Of a stretch of DNA of 64,000 bases, positions 1 through 9,832 are shown in pieces (position 1 is the stretch's first letter; every line of letters begins with the position of its first letter). Position numbers and translations under genes: made by a program. The notes beneath the pieces are model-generated. The model was given only the letters and a program-made list of their open reading frames with translations, was not told where the DNA came from and did no database searches. The stretch is taken from the NCBI GenBank assembly GCA_000004985.1, contig GG738848.1; one strand, written 5' to 3'. This stretch comes from Naegleria gruberi (lineage: Eukaryota).

Positions 1-2
1 AT

Positions 3-779
3 ATGGCCTATGCTGATTACAATGATTTGATGAAGATTACTGAAGAATTGTTGAGTGAAATGGCTCTCGTTGCCAATGGAAAGGATCCAAAGAACTTGCC
101 ATCAGTTGTTCCAGATGAATGGTATCATAGAACTTTCACTATGCCACACACTAATAAGGATGTTGTTGTCAACTTCAGACCACCATTCAAGAGACTTCCA
201 ATGATTTCAAGTATTGAAGAAAGACTTAACGTCAAGATCCCAACTCAATTGGATACTGAAGAAACCAGACTTTTCCTTGTTGATCTCCTCAAGAAGAATA
301 AGGTTGATTGTTCTCCACCAATGACCACTGCCAGAATGTTGGATAAGTTGGTTGGTGAATATCTTGAACCAGAATGTATTAACCCAACTTTCATTACTGA
401 ACATCCACAAATCATGTCACCACTCGCTAAGTGGCATAGAGATAACAAGGTCCTCACTGAAAGATTCGAATTGATGATCATCGGTAAGGAAGTCTGTAAT
501 GCTTACACTGAATTGAACCAACCTTTCATCCAACGTGAAAGATTCGAAGATCAAGTTGCCCAAAAGGATGCTGGTGACAATGAAGCTCAATTCATGGACG
601 AAGATTTCTGTAAATCACTTGAATATGGTTTGCCACCAACTGGTGGTTGGGGTATTGGTTTGGATCGTTTGACTATGATTCTCTCCAATAACTACAATAT
701 CAAGGAAGTTATTCTCTTCCCTGCTCAAAAGCCAGAAGATAACACACCAACTGAAAAGCCAGAAGAAGCCAAGCAATAA
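3..779 (+). CDS. Lysyl-tRNA synthetase, C-terminal catalytic part (5' end lies before the window)
   Basis: Class II aaRS motifs 2/3 context (…ERFELMIIGKEVCNAYTELN…, GLPPTGGWGIGLDRLTMIL) typical of LysRS. Continuous ORF ending TAA at 777-779. Yeast-like codon usage. Confidence 0.88.
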   Translation: MAYADYNDLMKITEELLSEMALVANGKDPKNLPSVVPDEWYHRTFTMPHTNKDVVVNFRPPFKRLPMISSIEERLNVKIPTQLDTEETRLFLVDLLKKNKVDCSPPMTTARMLDKLVGEYLEPECINPTFITEHPQIMSPLAKWHRDNKVLTERFELMIIGKEVCNAYTELNQPFIQRERFEDQVAQKDAGDNEAQFMDEDFCKSLEYGLPPTGGWGIGLDRLTMILSNNYNIKEVILFPAQKPEDNTPTEKPEEAKQ

Positions 780-833
780 ATTTATTGCAAAGTAAATATT
801 GTATAAATTATTTAAAATTAAGCTTTATTCTTT

Positions 834-2090
834 TTACGTATCAAGCCAAGAAACGTGGCCAGCAATTACAAATTTGCCTGGAAGTCCTTTACCAGGGGAT
901 GGAGAAAGAATTGTCATTGTCTTATTTTCATGGTCAATCTTTGTTACATGGATTACTCCATAAATATTTCTTGTTAAAACATCTTCCAATTTATCTGCAA
1001 GAGAAACAGCCAAGATACTGAACTTGGTGATTTCACTATGGTCAACTTGTTTAACTTCAACTGGATTATAACTGGATTTAGCACCAATTGGTAAAGCACT
1101 CAATGGAGCCTGCCATTCACCACCAATTCTGCAAAGGGTGAAATCCTCAAATCTTACAACTATGGAGTGAGGACTCAAAGATTTATGCATTCCATAGAAA
1201 TACTGCTTAGTTTTAAGTTGATTTGCAGTGGTTCTTTGCTCTTTTGATCTATTAATTACACCAGGATTTTTCTTCAAACGAGTGACAACAGCTTTTGTAT
1301 CTTTCAAATCTTTCTTTAAATTATTTGTAAGTCTGTCATCATCCATAACAATTACGTGGTTAATTTGCATAGTTTTTACAATATATAATAACAATTGAAT
1401 GCCAGAGCTGTCAACCCAACTTCCTGTATTAACAATAAATCCTCCTTCCTCATAGAATTGATCAACAGAACATTTCCTATCAATCATCTTTTTAGTTTGT
1501 TCCACAATCTTTTTGAAATGATCAACATTTTTATCAGGAGTTGTTTCACCATAGAAATAAGTTAAAGGAGAACATAATGAGAATTCATCCTCAATATCAA
1601 TTGGTTCATATGCATTCTTAGCAACCATACTGATGGTTCCAGGGAATGTAATATCATTCTGACCACAATCTAAATCAACAAATATCACTTTTTTACCAAC
1701 TCTAACAGCATAATTAACTAAAATTTTAGCAACTGATGATTTTCCTGTATCAGCAGGACCAACAACAAGAACTCTTGGAGGATTATTAACAGGTCCTCTC
1801 TCCATATTAATTTTATCATGAAATTCCAAATATTCCTTCATTGGTGTTTCTGATCCGACATAGTTAGAAATATTATCCTTTCCTTTAGAACTCTCCATTT
1901 CGATTGTTGCTCCATGATATGTAAATATTGCTCCATTTCTTCCACCAATAAAATTATAATCTCTATTCAAAGCCAATTCGGAACCAAAAAATTCAGCTTT
2001 TCCTTCCACTAATTTTATTTTAATACTTTCATCAAAGCCTACTTCAAATCTCAACTCTTCTCCTGCCTTTAATTCCACTCGGTGTTCCAT
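834..2090 (-). CDS. CLP1: Clp1-type polynucleotide kinase / pre-mRNA cleavage factor (418 aa)
   Basis: Walker A VLVVGPADTGKSS. Clp1 N-terminal beta-sandwich plus central kinase and C-terminal domain layout. ATG at 2088-2090. Tail-to-tail with LysRS, with about 55 nt between the stops. Confidence 0.82.
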   Translation of the reverse strand: MEHRVELKAGEELRFEVGFDESIKIKLVEGKAEFFGSELALNRDYNFIGGRNGAIFTYHGATIEMESSKGKDNISNYVGSETPMKEYLEFHDKINMERGPVNNPPRVLVVGPADTGKSSVAKILVNYAVRVGKKVIFVDLDCGQNDITFPGTISMVAKNAYEPIDIEDEFSLCSPLTYFYGETTPDKNVDHFKKIVEQTKKMIDRKCSVDQFYEEGGFIVNTGSWVDSSGIQLLLYIVKTMQINHVIVMDDDRLTNNLKKDLKDTKAVVTRLKKNPGVINRSKEQRTTANQLKTKQYFYGMHKSLSPHSIVVRFEDFTLCRIGGEWQAPLSALPIGAKSSYNPVEVKQVDHSEITKFSILAVSLADKLEDVLTRNIYGVIHVTKIDHENKTMTILSPSPGKGLPGKFVIAGHVSWLDT

Positions 2091-2278
2091 TTTTTTTGTA
2101 TTTGATTAAAATAATATTAATTCAATTTTATTGAACATGATGCAAATAATATCATTACAAAATAATTGAATGTATCAAAATTTATATCAATTTATCAATT
2201 ATATTGATTGTTTGATAACATGTAGTATTATTTCTAATGATTTCTTCATCAATTTAAATCAAAATCATCATTAAAAAA

Positions 2279-5200
2279 ATGAGTAAACAACTTTTTCGGA
2301 TTTGTAGCAACAATTCTTCATCAGCAGTTGCAACGAGGAATGGTAGTGTGCAGAAGAAAGGCTTGTTGATGACGGTTCGGGATCATGATGTCGGTAATAG
2401 TCAGAGAGGAAACTATCATACCTCTTTTAAAAATCAAGCAAAAATTGGATTATTTGGAGATATTCACTTTCAAGATGTTGGTTTGGAGAGAGTGGTTGAG
2501 ACTGGAGAGTGGATTACAAAAGAGTTTGAAAATCAAAAGGTGGATTATATTGTGTGTATGGGTGATGTGTTAAATACTCGAGAGACTGTTAGTATTAAAG
2601 CACAGAGTTCAGCTCTCCAATTTTTTGATAAATTGTCTCAAAAGATACCGAAAGAAATTCACATTATTTGTGGTAATCATGACTTGAATTTAAAGTATGA
2701 TACAAAAGTGAGCTCCTTGGATGCACTTGGTATGTCAAGTGTATCATCTAATAGAATTTATCTTCATAAGCATATTACAGAAACAGAGTTTGATGGAAAG
2801 AAAGTAGTATTAATTCCATATTATGAGGATACTTCAATAATCAGGGATTGGGTTGTTAAAAAAATCACAAAAGAACCACTTGATAATTCGATTGGGTTCT
2901 GCCATATGGCGATTAATGGAGCAATTCAACGATATCAAAAAGATAGTAAGGAAAATGTTTATTCTAGGAGTTATGATGACCATTCTGGAAAGAATATTTT
3001 GGTTGAAAAGAAAAAAGGAGACAAGAAAAAGGATACAGGAAGCGATATGGATTTGCCTGAGGAAGGATCCAAAGTACCAAAATTTTTAACTCAATTTCAA
3101 AGAGTGTTTTCAGGTCACTTTCACCATCATCACTTTTGTGATAAGAAGGTAGCATACGTTGGTGCACCTATGCAACATCACTTTGGAGATTCAGGTGATG
3201 CATCTAGAGGAGTAGTAATTTATGACACTGAAACTGATGAAATACAATTCGTTCAAAATCCTGAGTGGGATAAATTCAGAATACTACGATTGAGTAAGGA
3301 GGAAGACCTTGGAGAAATCACAGAATATAAGGGAAAGCACGTATCTGTTATTTATGAAAGTTTCGATTTAGTTCCCCAAGTTATACAAGAAAAGTTATTG
3401 AAGGCTGGAGCAAGTTCTGTGAAAAAACACTCTGTGGTAGTGAGAAAGGTTCAATCAGCATTATCTAGTGATGATCGTCAAAAGGATGACGAGAAGGCGT
3501 TCACTGGTCAAATGTTTGAGGATTTCGTTGTAAAATATGTAAAACAGTATGCTAATCTATCATCTATGGGATATGATTCTCAATTCAGTGATAATATAAT
3601 CAAAATTGGAAAGGAAATTATTTCAGAATCAACAAAGGAAGATAACAATAATCTAAATGTTGGTGATACGTTCAAAGCTAATATCAAGAGTATCACAATC
3701 CAAAATTTCTTGGGTGTTCAAGGATGTATTACCTTTGAAATCAAGAATATGCAAAATGGAATTTGGTTTTTGGAGGGATCAAATGGTGCTGGTAAAAGTA
3801 CAATTTTAGAGGCACTAACATGGTGTCTTTTTGATAAGTTTTTAAGATCTGATATGAAGGCAGATTTTGTTGTCAATGACCAAGTCAAAAAGGATTGTTT
3901 GGTCAGAGTAGATTTTGAATCAGGTTATTCTATTGAAAGATTCAGAAAGTATACAAAGACTGGAGAAAAGGAATTACCAGATGAATTAATTAGCAAATCT
4001 GCTCCAGAAAGAAAAGGAACAGGTGTTAGAGTTTTTAATCAAGGAACATATCTCAGCGATTTTGAAAAGGGTTCAACAAGAGATTCCCAGACTTCTATTG
4101 AGTCTCTTACCGGAATTAATTTTGATATGTTCACCAAAGCTATTGTTGTGGGAGACAATGCTGTAAATTTCTTAACCTCTGATGCAAAACAAAGAAGAGA
4201 TTTAATTGAAGATTTATTGGGGTTGTATCTTTTTGATAGCTATTTATCTAAGGCAAGGGAAAGAAAAAAGAGTCTTATTGAAAAAGTATATTCCATGAAA
4301 TCAGAACAGGAAAAAACAGAGTCTACCATTGTTTCCTTGGAAGAATCTCTGAAAAAGTGGAAAGAGCAATTATCACAAATTGATTCTGCTATTTCTGAAA
4401 AAGAAAACGATTATGCCGAATCAGTAGAATTGTGTAATGAATTAGTGGCTAAAAAGAAATCAGCAGAGAATAATTGGAAACAATTCCAGAAACTCAATAT
4501 TGCCAGGCAAAATTACAACAATCTCTTGAAGAAAAATGATCAATTAGAAGTCAGAATTAATACCCTCGAAAAGAATCTAGAAAAATTAGCAGAGGAAAAG
4601 GGGTCATTCTTTACTGACGATATCACAGATGTTAAACAATTGGAGAGATATTTTGAGGAGAATATTAATGAAATCAGATCTAATTTGAAGAGATTTTCAC
4701 AAACTTTGATGGAGAGCAATGTAGAATTAAATGTTTCTAAAGAGAAATTAGAAAAGTTGATGGACCTTTCTGAAAACAATGAATGCCCATATTGTGAGCA
4801 ACCTATCAAGGAACACACTCACGAGAAAATTCTTGAAGAAAAAAGAACCATTGAAGCTAGGGTTGAAGAGTTGACACAAAATATTGAGCATATTAATTTT
4901 ACTATTGCAGATTTGCAAGAGGAAATGGATGATTTGGAACGCTCTAAAAAATCCACAATGCAATCTCTTACCAAACTTGAAAATACAATTATCCTAAACC
5001 AGAAGGAGAAGGCAAATCTTGAAAATGATCTGGTCAATATTAGATCATCTATTGATTCTTCAGAAAAGGAATTGCAAAGTTTATCTAATGAATCTGAGGA
5101 CGTTGAGGCTACTCTTAATAGCTTGGTATCCCAAGAAAGAAAGGCAATGCAAAAAAAGTACGAATTGGATGCCAACATTAAATTCTCAAAGAAGAGAAAA

Positions 5201-5803
5201 TTAGAACTTGAACGAGACATAAAATCTAGTGAAGATTCTTTGGAAAATCTCAAGATAGATTATGAAACTATTTCTACAAGCTACAAGGATTATGAGCAAG
5301 ATTTTTCTGCTCTTGAATTTTGGGAAAAGGCTTTTGATAAAAAGTCAAAGAAATCAACCAAAGATGATTTTGAAACAATGAGATCATTCTTATTGAACAA
5401 ATCTATTGAAGATCTCAATAATATTTTGGATGAATATTCTAAACTTGTTGGAAGTGATATGTTAAAGATTACATTTGACTCTGATTTAATGATCAAAGAG
5501 GATTATGGTAAACGTTCTTCTGGACAACGTAAAAGAAATCACTTGATGATTCATTTTGCATTGTTCGAATTGGTTAGGCAGAGATCTAGATTCAGAAGCA
5601 ATTTCCTAATGTTGGATGAAGTATTTGATGCCTTGGATGTAAATGGGCAAGCACAAGTACAGCAAGTCATTGAGATGATTTCCACCAAGATTGATAAAGT
5701 ATTTGTAATTTCTCACTCAACCTCAAACATGGAACTGAGAAAAAAGGCAATTGTTGCCACCATGTCAGATGAGGGATCAAAGTACAAACTAACCTATAGA
5801 TAA
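2279..5803 (+). CDS. Fusion protein: N-terminal Mre11/SbcD-like calcineurin-type metallophosphoesterase plus C-terminal Rad50/SbcC-like ABC ATPase with coiled coil and CxxC zinc hook (1174 aa, no intron)
   Basis: Phosphoesterase motifs GDIHF (I), CMGDVLN (II), CGNHD (III), FCHMAING (IV), SGHFHHHH (V). Then Walker A GSNGAGKSTILEAL, a long heptad coiled coil with central CPYC hook, signature-like SSGQRK, Walker B/D-loop FLMLDEVFDALD and H-loop VISHS. Confidence 0.8.
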   Translation: MSKQLFRICSNNSSSAVATRNGSVQKKGLLMTVRDHDVGNSQRGNYHTSFKNQAKIGLFGDIHFQDVGLERVVETGEWITKEFENQKVDYIVCMGDVLNTRETVSIKAQSSALQFFDKLSQKIPKEIHIICGNHDLNLKYDTKVSSLDALGMSSVSSNRIYLHKHITETEFDGKKVVLIPYYEDTSIIRDWVVKKITKEPLDNSIGFCHMAINGAIQRYQKDSKENVYSRSYDDHSGKNILVEKKKGDKKKDTGSDMDLPEEGSKVPKFLTQFQRVFSGHFHHHHFCDKKVAYVGAPMQHHFGDSGDASRGVVIYDTETDEIQFVQNPEWDKFRILRLSKEEDLGEITEYKGKHVSVIYESFDLVPQVIQEKLLKAGASSVKKHSVVVRKVQSALSSDDRQKDDEKAFTGQMFEDFVVKYVKQYANLSSMGYDSQFSDNIIKIGKEIISESTKEDNNNLNVGDTFKANIKSITIQNFLGVQGCITFEIKNMQNGIWFLEGSNGAGKSTILEALTWCLFDKFLRSDMKADFVVNDQVKKDCLVRVDFESGYSIERFRKYTKTGEKELPDELISKSAPERKGTGVRVFNQGTYLSDFEKGSTRDSQTSIESLTGINFDMFTKAIVVGDNAVNFLTSDAKQRRDLIEDLLGLYLFDSYLSKARERKKSLIEKVYSMKSEQEKTESTIVSLEESLKKWKEQLSQIDSAISEKENDYAESVELCNELVAKKKSAENNWKQFQKLNIARQNYNNLLKKNDQLEVRINTLEKNLEKLAEEKGSFFTDDITDVKQLERYFEENINEIRSNLKRFSQTLMESNVELNVSKEKLEKLMDLSENNECPYCEQPIKEHTHEKILEEKRTIEARVEELTQNIEHINFTIADLQEEMDDLERSKKSTMQSLTKLENTIILNQKEKANLENDLVNIRSSIDSSEKELQSLSNESEDVEATLNSLVSQERKAMQKKYELDANIKFSKKRKLELERDIKSSEDSLENLKIDYETISTSYKDYEQDFSALEFWEKAFDKKSKKSTKDDFETMRSFLLNKSIEDLNNILDEYSKLVGSDMLKITFDSDLMIKEDYGKRSSGQRKRNHLMIHFALFELVRQRSRFRSNFLMLDEVFDALDVNGQAQVQQVIEMISTKIDKVFVISHSTSNMELRKKAIVATMSDEGSKYKLTYR

Positions 5804-6199
5804 ACTCTTTTAAATAAAACATGTTAGTTTCGCTCTACTCTAATAAACAATAAGAGACCAACCATTTAACTTCTTGCACCAGCCATCATAAACAGTTGTT
5901 AATAATACAGCTCAATAATAAGCTCTGGCCACTAATAGCCCTAAGGCCTAAGGTTCTTCCTTGTAATGTTACAGTTATTACGGCTCGTATTATCATTTTA
6001 ATGGACCTCATGTTTATTGAATGTTCTTCATAAAAACAAGATAAATTGGAACAGAGTTTTTGTTAAATTCAATGTACATTATATATAATTCTCAATTCTT
6101 CTAATTGCATCTTCCAATTATTACTTATTAATTAATAATTCTATTATTATTATCTTTAGAGAACTCCTATTTGGTCTTGAAATTTTTCATTATCAAAAA

Positions 6200-7324
6200 A
6201 TGATGCACAGAGATTTTGATTATGCAAATAAGGGTGAGTTTAAAGATTGTTATTTTGCTTAGTGTTATCATTATCTTTTATGATTGAAATAGTGATTATT
6301 ATAGGAGATAGTGCAACAGGTAAGTGATGATAAGAAGAGTTTGTTATTAAGTATTCAATTAAAAATTGATGATATTACAATTATTTATGATTTAATTAGG
6401 AAAATCATCATTGATGAATGTAAGGAGTCTTGTTGAATAATAAGGATTAATTTCATCACATAGAGGTTTTGTTATGATAAATTTAATCCTAATTTTGTAT
6501 ATACCATCGGAATGGAAATGGGCCATAAAACAATCAGTTTGAATGATAAGAAAGTTAAGGTGACTGTCTTTGATACGTATGTAGATTGAAATATAAATTC
6601 AGTTTATAGCAAGGAATTTAAAGTGCTGGACAAGAACGATTTAGGAGTATAGTAAGTAAAATTGAAAAACAAGGCCAATACTGATAATGGATGAACGCAA
6701 TGATAGACACAAAGTTACTATAGAGGAGCTGATTCAGCCATTGTAGTTTATGATGTAACCTCAATAGATACATTCAATCATGTGAGAGGATGGCTGAAGG
6801 ATTTGTACAATTACACAGATGGTAATATTAAGAAAGTTTTATTGGGAAATAAGTGTGATCAAAAGGATGCTAGAAGAGTTTCCTATGAAGAAGGTAAAAA
6901 GTTAGCCGATGAATATGGAATTACATTCTACGAGACTGTATGTTATCATCATTAACTTTGTGAATTGTTTTTAATCATGAATTAGAGTGCATTTGATGGA
7001 ACGAATGTGGAGAGTGCATTCTTATCTGTTGTGAGTAAGTTTCAATTAACAATGTTAAATAGTTTATAGATAATTGAAACATTTCATTGAAATTTTAATT
7101 GAAATTCATGACAATTACAATTTTTCAAATTGAATGGAATGTGAAATATAAACTGTATTCAAACAGAGGAAAAGGAAATTAAGCAACCACTGTACAATGC
7201 ACATATCAAAGAGGAAATATTATTATCAGAACATGGACTAGGTGATGACAATAGTAGTGAAGAAGAAAAAGTTAAAACAAAATCGAAAAAGACATCATCA
7301 TCATCCTCTTCATGTAATTGTTAA
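6200..7324 (+). CDS. Rab-family small GTPase, multi-exon gene with about 7 short introns (span given; exons partly resolved)
   Basis: Spliced exons read …GDSATGKSSLMNRFCYDKFNPNFVYTIGMEMGHKTISLNDKKVKVTVFDTAGQERFRSI|TQSYYRGADSAIVVYDVTSIDTFNHVRGWLKDLYNYTDGNIKKVLLGNKCDQKD…YGITFYETSAFDGTNVESAFLSVV|KEKEIKQ…SSSSCNC*. The C-terminal CNC prenylation motif is present. GT…AG boundaries with AT-rich introns. Exon 1/2 junction (the region carrying the KLLLIG-like hydrophobic segment) is not fully resolved. Confidence 0.7.
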
Positions 7325-7409
7325 TTCAATAATACCACTGATAATGAAACTATTGTAAAGTATTCCATAAAAACCAAATGATTATAATCTAACGTGTGAA
7401 GTGCTGCAG

Positions 7410-8943
7410 ATGTTTGCTGTCAATTCAATTTCAAATTTAAAAAAAATGTTTCAAAGTCTTTCACAATCAAAGGTTGGACTTTTTGCCAACATTTTAAAAA
7501 AAACAGTTGTTTCGGGAGATGATACCTTTAAATACTCTGAATTATCAAACACACAAAATGTGCTAAACAAAAATCCATTCCTTTCCGATATTTTCTCAGT
7601 TCCTGGTTTGACACGATTAAATCAAATTGTGACAGGTATCATTGGTGTATTTTTAGGAGTTTGTTTAACATTTCTAATGGGAACAATTCTAATTCAACTT
7701 TTATTCTACAAATTATTTGCTGTTGTAAGTAATTATCATTGGTGATCATGATTTCTAATAATTTCTAATAGCTTTTCGGATTGTTGATGATTTTGGTTTC
7801 TACTATTTTTATTCTAAACGTTGCAGTGACACCAGTAAGTAAAATAACCAAATATCCACCAATAATTAACTAACTGTCATGATCTTTTAGTATGATGAAG
7901 CATCTGCAACTAGAAAATTAGTTGCATTTATCATTTTTGGTTTATGCATATTTTGTGGATTGTTGTGTGTTTTCTTGTATGGAACTGATTGGACAGAAAA
8001 TGCCAAATCAATTATTGTCATTCGTCAAGAAAATTATACAACTCAAACTAAATCTAAATTAGGAAAAACTGGAGCTCAGTGGAAAGTTTTGTGGACTTTT
8101 TTAATTGGAATTTCAATTTTCTTTTTAATTATTTATTCATGTGCTGAAATAATTACTACGGGAATATTCCAATGTAAATGTTTTTCCTTTTTATGGTATA
8201 GAAGACCAACGTGTAATTATGTTTACTTTATGGCATGTGCATTGTTTTCCAGTGTTATCATTTCAAGTGCATTCACATTATTTATTAGTATTCAAAAAGA
8301 TTCAAATGTTTCAATTGATTCTTTAATTGGAGATTCAAATCCTAACTTTATTAGTTTGAGTAATATGCTTTATGGAATGTTAATGTTGAAACAATTGTAT
8401 TTGGTTGTTCCATTCGGTGTTGTCTTTGGTCCAATTCTTGCACTCGTTTTCCAATTCAATTATTTGAAAGATTGGGTTGACTATCAAAATTTGAGAAATG
8501 AAAGTACTCATAATGGAAAAAGCGTTTTAATCAAGACAACTAGTTTGGATTTGAGTGACGATGATGAAGATAGTCCAATTGACATTACTAAAATTACTCC
8601 TGAAAATGGTGATGCATTCTTCAATCAGTCAATTGAACATCAATCCTCTTCTCCAACACATAAGCAAATTTCATTCAAGAGTAGACACCAAAACAATACC
8701 ACTATCATTGCAGGAAATGTGAATACCAATAGCCCAACATCAAATATTAACTCATCACCAGTTATTGGAGGATTCACAGTTTCAGGAAGTAGTAATCCAT
8801 TAGCTGCCACCACAACTCCAAACACTCCTGTTCAAGTTAATGTTGTGGTTGAGCAAGAGTCAACTAATCCACTTCAAACAAATGATTCATCTGTGCTTAT
8901 TACAGAAAAGGATGATATTGTTTTTGATAATGAGGATTTGTAA
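7410..8943 (+). CDS. Multi-pass membrane protein with S/T/N-rich C-terminal tail. Three exons: 7410-7724, 7772-7834, 7891-8943
   Basis: In-frame joins at gtt|GTAAGT…aatag|ctt and cca|GTAAGT…ttttag|tat. Several hydrophobic helices. No recognisable catalytic motif. Start could be ATG 7410 or 7446. Confidence 0.55.
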
Positions 8944-8998
8944 TTTCATTTTTATTTAATATATATTTACATTATTTACATGATATTTGTAGTAATTC

Positions 8999-9307
8999 TC
9001 AATGTTTTTGATAATTGTAAAATGGATTTTCATTTACTTCATCTCTTTTATCAAATTTAGGAACTTTATCATAGACAACTGGTGCATAATTAAGAACTTC
9101 CATCAAGGAGTTTTCGCCTGGAAGAATTGATTGTTGACGATAACGAATTAATTCATCTCTTGATTCATCAGTGGAGAATACATTGGTTTTAGGCATGGTA
9201 CCAACAAGTTTGTAAACTCCAATTGAAAAGATTGAAGAGGCAAGGAAAATTCCAACTTGTTTGTAAAGCTTTGGATGGAAAAAGTTGTAATGGTGGTGTT
9301 GATTCAT
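8999..9307 (-). CDS. Small single-TM protein (102 aa), hypothetical
   Basis: ATG at 9305-9307. One hydrophobic helix (VGIFLASSIFSIGVYKLV). Coding-like codon usage. No identifiable family. Confidence 0.4.
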   Translation of the reverse strand: MNQHHHYNFFHPKLYKQVGIFLASSIFSIGVYKLVGTMPKTNVFSTDESRDELIRYRQQSILPGENSLMEVLNYAPVVYDKVPKFDKRDEVNENPFYNYQKH

Positions 9308-9451
9308 TTTTTTAATTATTGAAAAATGTAAATTGTCTAATTATGGTAACTGGTACACCACTGAAGCAACAGCTCTGATATTTTGTACTGTTGATTGATT
9401 GCATTGTGATACAAATTCATTGTAAAATGTTAAATAAAAATTACAAAAAAA

Positions 9452-9832
9452 ATGAGTGAACAACCTTCTCAAATTTCTTTGGGAAATATTTATGATTTGT
9501 CAGCTGAAGATTTAAATAAGAGTAGAGGTGAAAATATTGAACTTTTCCAAAGTCTTTACAAAACAAATTCCACACACATTGAAAGAATAATTTCAACAGG
9601 CCAATTCACACCATCCGATGAGTGGTATGATCAGGAAAGAGATGAATATGTTGTCTTGTTGAAAGGAGAAGCAACTTTGCTGATTGAAAATAAGGTAGAA
9701 AATGGTGTCGAATTGAAAGAAGTCAAATTGAAAAATGGTGATTATATTAATATTCCAAAACATGTTAGACATCAAGTGAAAGAAACCTCTAAGGATGATC
9801 CTTGTATTTGGTTGGCAGTTCACTATAATTAA
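9452..9832 (+). CDS. Cupin-fold small protein (126 aa)
   Basis: Beta-barrel cupin-like pattern (…EYVVLLKGEATLLIE…GDYINIPKHVRHQV…). ATG 9452. Its stop overlaps the stop of the convergent gene. Confidence 0.6.
   Translation: MSEQPSQISLGNIYDLSAEDLNKSRGENIELFQSLYKTNSTHIERIISTGQFTPSDEWYDQERDEYVVLLKGEATLLIENKVENGVELKEVKLKNGDYINIPKHVRHQVKETSKDDPCIWLAVHYN

Noticed and set aside
4540-5253. Minus-strand ORFs (92-144 aa) inside the SbcCD-like gene, and similar small antisense ORFs inside other long genes (e.g. 28595-29005, 36277-36675, 49496-49861, 53123-53506)
   Set aside because: They lie antisense to long, well-supported coding regions and have low-complexity translations with no motifs. Such ORFs are expected by chance opposite AT-rich coding sequence.
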